Of a stretch of 64,000 bases of DNA, positions 53,529-64,000 are shown piece by piece. The position numbers and the translations under genes are program-made. A model generated the notes under the pieces. It worked only from the letters and a program-made list of their open reading frames with translations, did no database searches and had not been told where the DNA came from. This DNA comes from Octopus bimaculoides (Eukaryota): positions 27,273,102 through 27,337,101 of the forward strand of contig NC_068996.1 in the NCBI RefSeq assembly GCF_001194135.2, written 5' to 3'. Position 1 is the first letter of the stretch, and each line of letters starts with the position of its first letter.

Positions 53529-55159
53529 CATACATATATAGAGATACATAGATATAATTATGAATGTTTATACAAAGAAATTTCAATAGAACTCAAAATA
53601 GACAAAGCTATAAATAATAGGATATAGAATATTGGGTTAAAAAAAACCTTTGGATAGAAAACATTTAGAGTTTTCTGACAAATTTATTTCATATCACTTG
53701 AAGTTTCTTAAAAATATTTTTAATTCTGTTAATGCAAACAAAAACATTGTGGAGTGAAATAAACATAAAATGATATTCTGTTTGTGGTATACATCGTAAC
53801 TTCAAGTTTCATACTCTGCTTATGCCAAACAGTCATCGGACAATAAATTCAACCAGTTTGTAAATTAAGCTCGACATACATGGATTTCCTAGTATTGCAT
53901 TATGGGATTAAAAACTATAAGTAGCCTAACCTGTTACATATAGTTAATGTTTCGATGAGTTATTTCCCTTGGCTAGTTCTAAACGAAAAGTAGAAAGAGA
54001 AAGCTTTAAAAAAATGTGATTAAAGGATAGAAGCAGAGAAATTGTTCTATGGAAATTAATAAAGAAAATTAAAGAATGAAACTTGTAAAAAGTATCTAAG
54101 GGTGATCTGGCAGAATTGTGAGCATGCCAGGCAGAACGCTTAGCATTTTGTCCATCTTTACATCATGTTCAAATTCTGCCAAGGTTGACTTTGCCTGTCA
54201 TCCTCCAGGGTCAATAAAATAAGTACCAGTTAAACACTGGGGTTTGAGGTAATTGACATATACCCCACCCTAAAATTACTGACCTTGTGCCAAAATTTGA
54301 AATTATTATTATTTCGTATGGCCAACAAGTGGAGAGATACCATTGTAAAGAAAGACCCGACCTTAGGATATAAGGATAAGTTAATCACTCAAGTGCCTAC
54401 AGCTTAATTATAAAATGTGTCATGGTGCATCAAAACAGTCTGAGTCAGAGAAACAGAATATTAAAAGAATTACATCCTGCAAGCAACTGACACATTTGCT
54501 CAATCCCAGGCAAAATCAAAATCAGCAGTGCCCCCAGTATGACTCCATAACAAAATCCATCCCTCGACTCAATTTACATTCACACAGCTGTTGCAAATAG
54601 ATGCAGCTTCTTTTATTTTTAAAGGTGTTTTTCTTTGTTGCACACTTTTTTGTAAAATTCTCTCCTTCAAAAACTCATATTTTGAAATTGACTAGAATGA
54701 CCATTATCATCATCATTATTGTTAGAGCGTTCAGTAAGATTATATATACCTAAAGTGAGTTAGAACTAATTCACAAACCTTAAACAATTATTAATCTCTA
54801 TACTGTACACATATGCTCTTCAATATTTTCAAATCTTTATCTTTCCAAACAGTACAGTGAGTTAGTAGTTAACTATTCCTTTAATTTTAGCTCACTGCTA
54901 GACTCTCTTTATCATTACATTTTATTATTGATACGTTGCAATTTAAACTCTAAATTCGGTTTGTCAGAGTTTTATTCATAACTAACCAAGGGAAATAACT
55001 CACCCAACACTATTTACTACCTCTTGGGATGTGCAGCAGTCATGCTTCTCTGGTTGACTCTTGCTACACATGCCAGCTTAGCAAAGAGATTGTAAAGAAA
55101 CGATGGTAACAATGATAACCAATAATGGACCATGTATATATAAACCCAAAAATCAATAC

Positions 55160-57360
55160 TCTAAAATATCACCATCAGCATCACCCCCAATTGAGAAGAT
55201 TAACAACCTTGGAATCAAAGAAGCAACAACTGCAGGATTATGAGAACCTTCATAAACGACCAAAGAGCTGCAGAGGAAGCCTGGACTATTAAAAACATCA
55301 AGCATAATCCTAAGGTCTTTTACTCCTTTGCAAAAACACACAGGACCACAGTTTCCTCTATCGTCCCCCTGGTTGACGAAAACAGCATCCTTCACGGTGA
55401 TGCCAAAGATATGGCTGAGATCCCTCAAAGTCAATACTGCTCTGTCTTCAGTGACCCTGTTTTCAGTTGACTCAATCAGCTTTGCTTCTTTGACTCCTCA
55501 ACATATCCTTTCTGACATAACCTTTGACGCCACTGATATCCTAGCAGCAATAAAAGAAATCAAACCTGATACAGTAGTGGGTCTGGACAGGTTCCCTGCT
55601 AGAGTGTTGAAGGAATGCAGACAACAACTTGCAGCTCCTCTTGCAAATGACCGGATGCTAGTTTTATCCCCCAAAACCTTCTCTACCAGTCAGTCGTTCC
55701 TATNNNNNNNNNNNNNNNNNNNNNNNNNNNNNNNNNNNNNNNNNNNNNNNNNNNNNNNNNNNNNNNNNNNNNNNNNNNNNNNNNNNNNNNNNNNNNNNNN
55801 NNNNNNNNNNNNNNNNNNNNNNNNNNNNNNNNNNNNNNNNNNNNNNNNNNNNNNNNNNNNNNNNNNNNNNNNNNNNNNNNNNNNNNNNNNNNNNNNNNNN
55901 NNNNNNNNNNNNNNNNNNNNNNNNNNNNNNNNNNNNNNNNNNNNNNNNNNNNNNNNNNNNNNNNNNNNNNNNNNNNNNNNNNNNNNNNNNNNNNNNNNNN
56001 NNNNNNNNNNNNNNNNNNNNNNNNNNNNNNNNNNNNNNNNNNNNNNNNNNNNNNNNNNNNNNNNNNNNNNNNNNNNNNNNNNNNNNNNNNNNNNNNNNNN
56101 NNNNNNNNNNNNNNNNNNNNNNNNNNNNNNNNNNNNNNNNNNNNNNNNNNNNNNNNNNNNNNNNNNNNNNNNNNNNNNNNNNNNNNNNNNNNNNNNNNNN
56201 NNNNNNNNNNNNNNNNNNNNNNNNNNNNNNNNNNNNNNNNNNNNNNNNNNNNNNNNNNNNNNNNNNNNNNNNNNNNNNNNNNNNNNNNNNNNNNNNNNNN
56301 NNNNNNNNNNNNNNNNNNNNNNNNNNNNNNNNNNNNNNNNNNNNNNNNNNNNNNNNNNNNNNNNNNNNNNNNNNNNNNNNNNNNNNNNNNNNNNNNNNNN
56401 NNNNNNNNNNNNNNNNNNNNNNNNNNNNNNNNNNNNNNNNNNNNNNNNNNNNNNNNNNNNNNNNNNNNNNNNNNNNNNNNNNNNNNNNNNNNNNNNNNNN
56501 NNNNNNNNNNNNNNNNNNNNNNNNNNNNNNNNNNNNNNNNNNNNNNNNNNNNNNNNNNNNNNNNNNNNNNNNNNNNNNNNNNNNNNNNNNNNNNNNNNNN
56601 NNNNNNNNNNNNNNNNNNNNNNNNNNNNNNNNNNNNNNNNNNNNNNTAGCTGGAGTGTACATCAACAAAAAAGTCAATGTTGCCCACAGAATGAGCTCGT
56701 AGATCCTCAGAACTTTTCAATCTAGGAATCATAAAACCATCATCCTTCTCTTCTCCGCACTCGCTAGGCCCCACCTCGAATACTGCTGCCCATTGTGGTC
56801 CCCCTACAAAATACAAGACATAATGAGGATCGAAGCTCCGCAAAGATCAATCACTAAAAAAATAAATGGTATGATGGGACTTAATAATTGGGCTCGACTT
56901 AAACAGCTGAAACTCTATTCTCTGCAATGCCGCTGTGAGCGATACATTATTTGCACCATATGGAAAATATTCTACCAATATTATCCAAATGATATCAGTA
57001 TTATGTTCACAATTCACCCAAGACTAGGCCCCCATGCAATGCGTCCCCTACAAAGGTCAAGATCACATCACATAAGAACATTGCAACAGAATTTCTTCAT
57101 TGCAAATAGTCCTGCTCTTTTCACTGTTATCCCGAAAGAAATTAAAGTAGAAAAAGGCCCCACAACTTTCAAACTGTACTTGGACAAATTCCTCTAGGAA
57201 ATACCGAATAAGCCACCTACACCAGGATGCATCTCAATCAACAACAACTCTTTGCTTGAGTAGTCCATGGTGTCCCGAAATAATTAACTAAAAGACTTTT
57301 CCAGGTGGTGCTACTGAATTAGTCATAGCCTGGGCGGATAATGGCAGAAACCAATCTAAG
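55160..57360 (+). mobile_element. CR1/L2-group LINE, 5'-truncated, RT core hidden in the gap
   Basis: IKHNPKVFYSFAK..AEI.QSQYCSVF; DILAAIKEIKPDTVVGLDRFPARVLKEC; after the gap RPHLEYCCPLWSPYK..IEAPQRSITKKI..RLKQLKLYSLQCRCERY. Confidence 0.85.
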
Positions 57361-58089
57361 CTATATATATGTATATATCATCATCATTATCATCATCATC
57401 GTCGTTTAACTGAGGACTGGTGGACCAGGAGGCGACACCAGCCTCCAATCTGATTTGGCAGAGTTTCTACAGCTGGATGCCCTTCCTAACGCCAACCACT
57501 CAGAGAGTGTAGTGGGTGCTTTCACGTGACACCGGCACGAGGGCCAGTCAGGCAGGTACTGGCAACGGCCACGCTCGAAATGGTGTATTTTACGTGCCAC
57601 CCGCACCGGAGCCAGTCCATTGGCACTGGCATATATATATATATATGTATATATGTGTGTGTTTGTGTCTGTGTAAGTATATATATATGTGTGTGTGTGT
57701 GTATATATATATGTGTATGTGTGTATATTTAAAACAGTTTGATTTGGTTTCCATGCTACTCCCAAGTTTCACAGGTTTTGGCATGGTCTCTATGGCTGGA
57801 TGCCCTTCCTAACACCAACTACTTTACAGTGTATACTGGGTGCTTTTATGCAGCACTGGCAGAAGTGCTTCTACATGGCACAGGCATAGTTGCTTTTTAT
57901 ATGACTCCAGTACCCACAAGCCTGCAAGATTAGAATACGCTACATCTCTCATGGATGTTTACTCCAAGTTGAGAGCACTTTTCCCTCTAAGCTGTGCAAG
58001 ATGACATTGTGCATGCCAACTCTGAGACAATGCACAATCTTGTGAATCACATGATTTCATGGACATACATCATGGGCCTGACCTCCAGG

Positions 58090-58560
58090 CGTGAAGGTCC
58101 CTAAAGGGTTATAGAAAATAAAATGCATAGTGATATGGTTGATCTGTTTGACGGAAACTAGCTTATGAATGTTAGCCGTCTTTGTTTGATTGTCTGATAA
58201 GGGTGGAGTTTGTTCAGTGAATGTGTTTGTGTCTCTACCACATGTGCATACAAAACTTTTGCAGTCTGTGAATATAGAGCAGATAGTCTTTACAGCTTCG
58301 TTAGGTATTCTATATGCACAAAGAATCCAAAACATCCACTCAACACAGTGGACAGAGTCAAAAGCTTTGATGGAATCCACAATGAAGATGCACAAAGACA
58401 TCTTTCGTTGCTGAGATGGCTTCAGTGAGATAGCAAAAAGTTAAAATAGGTTCGAGGTTGGAGTGGCCTTTGCATAAGCTATTTTGGTTTGATGTGAGCT
58501 GTGTTTTTATAGGGTCTTGTATGCAACTGAACATATGAGACAGTTGAAGAGTTTGGCTGA
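58090..58560 (-). mobile_element. RTE-like RT fragment
   Basis: PILTFCYLTEAI..LCIFIVDSIKAFDSVH..ILCAYRIP..VKTICSIF, corresponding to RT domains 2-3. Confidence 0.65.
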
Positions 58561-59189
58561 GCATGTCATAAGGCTAATGCCATGATACAAGCTGTGTTCT
58601 AATAGATCTTAATAGATCTCTCTTTTTTGAAATAGGAATGGTGTGGTTCAGCTTGGATTCTGATTGAGCTTGACTGATGATGTAAATAGAATTTAGAATA
58701 AGAAGAAGTAACTCAGGATTCCAAAAAACCTTTAGGAGGCACACCATCTACACCCACATGATTTATTAGTCTTGAGCTGTTTAACAGCGCTTAGTGCTAC
58801 ATCAAAAGTAATTTCACCAATCAGAATATTGGTGTGCAGCTATAAGATTGGTTCCACAGAAAACTTGTTCATAGGAGTTGTGTCCTGTTGGGCAACTTTT
58901 CAAAGTAATGTTTACAGACAGCTAGTCAATACACACACACATATCACTAAAGATGTAGATATGTATACCTATATATCTTTTATCTTTTACCTGTTTCAAT
59001 CATTTGACTGTGGTCAATTTGGAACACCACCTTGGAGGCTTTAGTAAAATAATTCAACCCCAGTACCATCTTTCTTTTTTTTTAAGTATTTTGACAAACT
59101 GCTAAAATGGGGGGGGCGGGATAAACAAACCAACACTGGTTGTCAAGTGGTGGTGGAGACAAACACAAAAATAAACACACGCACAAACA

Positions 59190-59735
59190 TTGACAGCGTG
59201 AGTCAAAAGTTTTTCATAGTTCAAACAAATTACATACAAAAAGCGTTTATTCATCAAAATATATCCCATCATATTCTATTGTTTATTGCTATTGTTGTGC
59301 CAGAAACTCAGTTCCATGCTTATACTATTTGGCTAGTTTAGAGGCAAAAAGAAACACTGTGCATTCATCTTCTACTTCGTCCATTTTGCTGAGCCTCTGC
59401 CAAACAGCAAATGAGTAATGGCTTGAAAAAGGCAATAATTTGATAGTGCAAGGTCTGGACTCTAGACAGAGTGAAGCAGAACTTCCAATATCTCAAACTT
59501 GCACTTGGTCACATTGACAGTGTGTGCTGGGGCATTGTCTTGCTGTAGGAGTGCATGTCTTCAATTGAAAAATGCTTTCAACACATCAAATACTTGCAGC
59601 AGTTGTTGAGCATAGTGGTTAGTGTTCACAGCATGACCATCTGAGACAAGCTAAAGTACAACATCCTCTTGAAATTCCACAAAACTCAACAGCCACCCTT
59701 ATTTGACAACAGGTTCTGAAGCCTGGCAAAAATAA
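59190..59735 (-). mobile_element. Mariner transposase C-terminal remnant with TIR
   Basis: GHAVNTNHYAQQL..ALLQQDNAPAHT..EVLLHSV*SPDLALSNYCLFQ matches the mariner HDNARPH and YSPDLAPSDY motifs. TIR-like ACAGCGTGAGTCAAAAGT at 59193. Confidence 0.8.
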
Positions 59736-60149
59736 ATTTAATTAATTAGAAATTTTTTTTATATATAATTTCTTTGATTATTAGTTAATATTCTAATTAA
59801 GGTTAAGTTAATAGTACAACATTTAAAATTTTATTTAAACTAAATATTCGATTAGATAATTTTTGTATTTCTTTTCAATTATTTTGTTAAATGGTTTTCT
59901 TTTATTTAATGGTGATATAATTATTTTTATATAAATTAATTTTTGTTAGTTTATATTAAAATTAAAGTTATTTATATTATGTTTATAATTTTAGTTTAAC
60001 CTAAAACTTCGTTTAAATTGTATTTTAAATGAAAGATTCATTAAGATTAGATTTGCATTTAATATTTCTGTTAGTTTATATTCTAATAAACGTAAAGTTA
60101 ATGTCACGTTTATAATTTTCGATAAGATAAGTATTACATTTATTTTTAA

Positions 60150-60225
60150 CTAGCAGAAACACCCGGCGTTGCCCTGGTTAAAGAGAATAATGAAATCTAA
60201 AAGCGCCGTCTAGACTACGCAACCC
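60150..60225 (-). mobile_element. Helitron 3' terminus (different family), body lost in gap
   Basis: Minus strand ..CCAGGGCAACGCCGGGTGTTTCTG-CTAG|T: GC-rich imperfect hairpin followed by CTAG and a T target base. Confidence 0.65.
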
Positions 60226-60362
60226 NNNNNNNNNNNNNNNNNNNNNNNNNNNNNNNNNNNNNNNNNNNNNNNNNNNNNNNNNNNNNNNNNNNNNNNNNNN
60301 NNNNNNNNNNNNNNNNNNNNNNNNNATATACACACACACACACATACACACATACATATATA

Positions 60363-61153
60363 TCTACTACATATGTGGAAAATCGGTGTGTTTGTTTGTG
60401 ACACTGTTAGCTAACTCCACATACATCGTTTTATTGATTTTGATGAAACTTGACATGAGTAGAATTCATGTCTGGAAACCTAGTGACATACTTAGATTGT
60501 TGAAAAAATTCATAATATGGCCCCTGGAAGGGACCTTTGTATCTACCTCATATAACTAATTTTTCTTTTGAACACCCAAGGAAAATAACCCATAGCACCT
60601 GTACAATTTTTTTTAAACACTCAAGGGAAATAACCCATTTCATTATTTATGTTTGATTACTTTGAATATTGATTTTTTTGTGTGTCCTAAGTCTAATTTT
60701 TGCAGGCGATATCACTTTTATACTTTATTTGACACATGAGTAGACCTCATATCTGGAAACCTTGTGACATACTTAGATTGTTGAACAAATCGATAATAGG
60801 GCCCATCCAATGGATCCTTCTATCTACTACATATCACTAATATTTTATTTAAACAACCCAAGGGAAATAACCCATAGCACCTGCAGATTTTAGCGAAGCT
60901 ATCAATATTTGATTCTCTCAATCAGCCGACCTAATTCTGCATTTCACCACTTACAGTTTTGAACTGCTAAACATTATTATTGCACTTCCTTAATTTGAAT
61001 CTTAAACCTTAAAGACTTCATTCATACATTTCTATACATACATACTTTTTTCAATGCCTATTACTCTGATAATTCTGCATTTTTACAGTTACACTTTTTC
61101 CATAACAGTAGATAAATTTTTTTATTGTACAATGTATTTGTAGTGGCTTCATA
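60363..61153 (+). mobile_element. Non-autonomous Helitron, 5'-intact and 3'-truncated
   Basis: A|TCTACTACATATGTGGAAAATC 5' end matching the element at 17430-18776; internal ~290-bp direct repeat. Confidence 0.8.
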
Positions 61154-61484
61154 TATATATATATACTGAAGATTCAGTATACACCACGTGGCAAAATTAT
61201 GAGTTGAAAATATGTGGAAAACAAATATAAAAAGTGGAAGAGAAATGCCTTCATTTCATATAGCTTAATATCTTTTTATAAATATATACGTATTATATGG
61301 ATGTCGTGAATTCCAACCAGTTTTTGTTATTTAAATTAGCTTTTCAAGGGACATCGTACAATAATCAATTCTCGTGACAAACGAGTCTTGTCATTTTGGA
61401 TGTTTGAAAAATAAGAATGAGTCTAGAGAGTGAACCAAGGGAGGCAACAGATGGCAAGGGGGGCAACTGGCTCATTAGTATAAT

Positions 61485-62067
61485 TTTAAAGAGAAAATTG
61501 AAAAAGGTACCCAGACGATTGTTTTAGCATCTGGAATGAAACGTATGATAAACTCCTGGATTTCAAATCCACACTGAACAATATAAACCCCAACATCCAA
61601 TTTACAATGGAATATAGCAAGGAACAGCTCCTATTTCTGGACATTTTGATTTTTAAAAAGTCCAACAACCAAATTGCAACCGACATTTACTACAAACCAA
61701 CAGACTCAAAACAGTATCTTCTTTTCAGTTCATGCCATCCTAAACACACCAAAATAAATATCTCATTCAGTCTAGCAAAAAGGATCTGTACAATTGTATC
61801 TGACACAACCACTCAGGAACTTTGCCTACAAGAACTCAATATAACACTCATTGAAGTCAATACCCACCTACACTTATAGAACATGAAATTAAACGTGCCA
61901 AGGAATTGGACACAAACACACTAAGGACAACAAAAGGAAACACCACACCTCACCTCAAATCACTCCCATACATATCAATCCACAACGCCAGAAACAATGA
62001 AGCATACAACACAATTATACAAAATCTCCCTCCGCTCACTGAAGACCCGAAAATGAACAACATCCTA
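61485..62067 (+). mobile_element. Penelope-like RT thumb/linker fragment
   Basis: LNNINPNIQFTMEYSKEQLLFLDILI..TDIYYKPTDSKQYLLFSSCHPKHTKINISFSLAKRICTIVSD matches PLE RT domains 6-7 and the KPT/HP motif. Confidence 0.9.
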
Positions 62068-62744
62068 TGTGGTTGGGAAGGAAGCTTCTTACCCCACAGT
62101 CAGAGAGGTTTTTTTCTTTGTTTTTTAAAAATAATTTGATACTCCATGAGATTTTTTTTTACCTTTGTGAGTTTCTGAACTTCAAATACTCTAAATCCTT
62201 CATGGTGTTCTTGGAAAACATGATGATGTGTAGGCGTTGCCTAGTCGTATGAAGAATATCTAGACCTTGAAACTCTTCAGATCAGTTTTCAAACTTCAAA
62301 TTTCAGTAGCTCTTACTATTCATTTTGTATTTATCTTTACTATTCTTAGGTTTGAACATGTAATAATTGAAAAAAAAACATATTTTGTATTCTTTTTCAC
62401 TGTTGTAATGCTCATTATTCAATACTGGCATGGATGAGATGATTTATTTGTCAGAGAAAATGTCTTTACTTATCTAAACTACTTAACTGTCAGTTAGCAC
62501 TGAACTTTAGAAGCTATTGTGTTTCAGTTAAGAAAACTGGGATGAACAGAGTTTTGACTTTGCTCAGGATCACATCACAAAGACTTTATGTAGCAAACTT
62601 TGAACTCATAATTACAACGTACATTCATAATTTTATTTATATAAATTCTTTATATATTTATACCCTTTATTTTATAATTTGTGGCAAGAAAATGTGGGTT
62701 GCCTATGATCATCATTTAAAAAAAATTCTATTATTACTAAAGTA

Positions 62745-63949
62745 TCTATTTGGTTTTTTTGTGTTCAATTTCTAACTTTTGCAGACAGTATCACTTTTAT
62801 ACTTTATTTGACACGTGAATAGAACTCATGTCTGGAAACCTTGTGACATACTTAGATTGCTGAAAAAAATCGATAATAAGGTCCCTCCAATGGATCCTTC
62901 TATCTACTACATATTACTAATATTTTATTTAAACAACCCAAGGGAAATAACCCATAGCACCTGCAGTTTTTAGCAAAGTGATCAATATTTGATTCTCATG
63001 ATCAGCCGACCTAATTCTGCATTTCACTACTCGGTTTTGAACTGCTAAACATTATTATTGCACTTCGTTTATTTGAATCTNNNNNNNNNNACTGCTAAAC
63101 ATTATTATTGCACTTCGTTTATTTGAATCTTAAACCTTAAAGACTTCATTCATACATTTCTATACATACATACTTTTTTGAATACCCATTACTCCAATAA
63201 TTCTGCATTTTTACAGTTACAATTTTTCCATAACAGTAGATAATTTTTTTATTGTACAATGTATTTGTAGTGGCTTCATGCAGGCATAGCATGGATTTGA
63301 TCCTCGATTGCCAAATTTCACTTAACACTTCAACAGTGTTTTTCTCACAGTAAAACAATAGTTTTTCTGTGAATGACAGCAGTTATACATTTCCCAGATG
63401 CCTTCACTAAGCAGAATAATGTCTTTGCTGCTTGACCCTTCTAACCTCCTCTGGCTGGAATAGAGATAACAGACCTCCATCAAAATCATTTGTTCTCAAC
63501 AATATGTCTATCATTCTGGCTGCTTTTTGATAGTTATAAAAACAAGAACTCTGTAAGCTAAAAGCAGTTACTGAGAGCGACCATCAGTGAGTGTGAACGT
63601 TATTATTGCACTTTCTTCAATTCATTCTTAAATATTAAACACTTCATTCCTATATTTATATACATATATACTACATTTATATATTACCTTTAATAAATTA
63701 ACCTTCTTATTAAACTTCACCTTTAAAATGTCACGACGAGTCAGAGTACTTTTTTGTCAACCTCCGAAAACCTCTCTCACCAACCTCCAGCAATCTCTCC
63801 CTCCTCCAGCTGACAATTTTTTGTACTTCTTCGCAGCAAAAAATACACCTTTTGTGGCAGTTATAACGAAATTGCTTTCCTATATCAGAGTAATAAGGTG
63901 TTTCAATAGAACATCTTTACTCATGGGAATTACCAGGTATACCAGTTAG
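62745..63949 (+). mobile_element. Non-autonomous Helitron, 5'-truncated and 3'-intact
   Basis: Collinear with the 17430-18776 element; ends CATGGGAATTACCAGG-TATACCAG-TTAG|T (hairpin plus CTAG variant). Confidence 0.8.
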
Positions 63950-64000
63950 TATACATATATATTCATGTATATATATATGTGTATATATATATATATATAT

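Larger units (their letters stand above)
1317..63090. other. Assembly gaps: 1317-1606, 11546-12249, 35992-36472, 37536-37900, ~40918-40926, 52621-53007, 55704-56646, 60226-60325, 63081-63090
   Basis: N runs, most of them abutting (TA)n tracts or repeats. Confidence 0.99.

Noticed and set aside
55328-56843. Long ORFs of 325-465 aa
   Set aside because: Mostly translated Ns; the real parts are CR1-like LINE.
63041-63130. Exact 40-bp direct duplication either side of a 10-N gap
   Set aside because: Typical unmerged contig overlap, so an assembly artefact.

Overview
AT-rich, repeat-dense animal genomic DNA with nine N-gaps and many (TA)n/(CA)n tracts. The SINE families and composition look like an Octopus-type cephalopod; this is inference, not a database match. 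The only host gene I can support is the 5' half of UBE2K (E2-25K/HIP2 ubiquitin-conjugating enzyme) on the minus strand. It has three coding exons (41240-41178, 16867-16715, 2977-2895) separated by 24.3 kb and 13.7 kb introns, and the remaining exons lie left of the window. Everything else is transposon debris: tRNA-derived and RTE-tail SINEs, RTE, CR1-like and HERO-like LINE fragments, Penelope-like elements, two mariner remnants, a decayed Helitron Rep/helicase and a non-autonomous Helitron family. The best candidate for something new is a GC-rich ~190-nt element at 1059-1246. It begins with a complete minimal type I hammerhead ribozyme fold carrying a variant core and continues as a chain of hairpins. 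Also notable are two retroelement copies with twin-priming-like 5' inversions (RTE and Penelope-like), a possible composite Helitron, a second CpG-retaining promoter-like island inside UBE2K intron 1, and a natural K14R change at the known UBE2K SUMO site. I cannot claim a new multi-gene system from sequence alone. Repeat boundaries are approximate.
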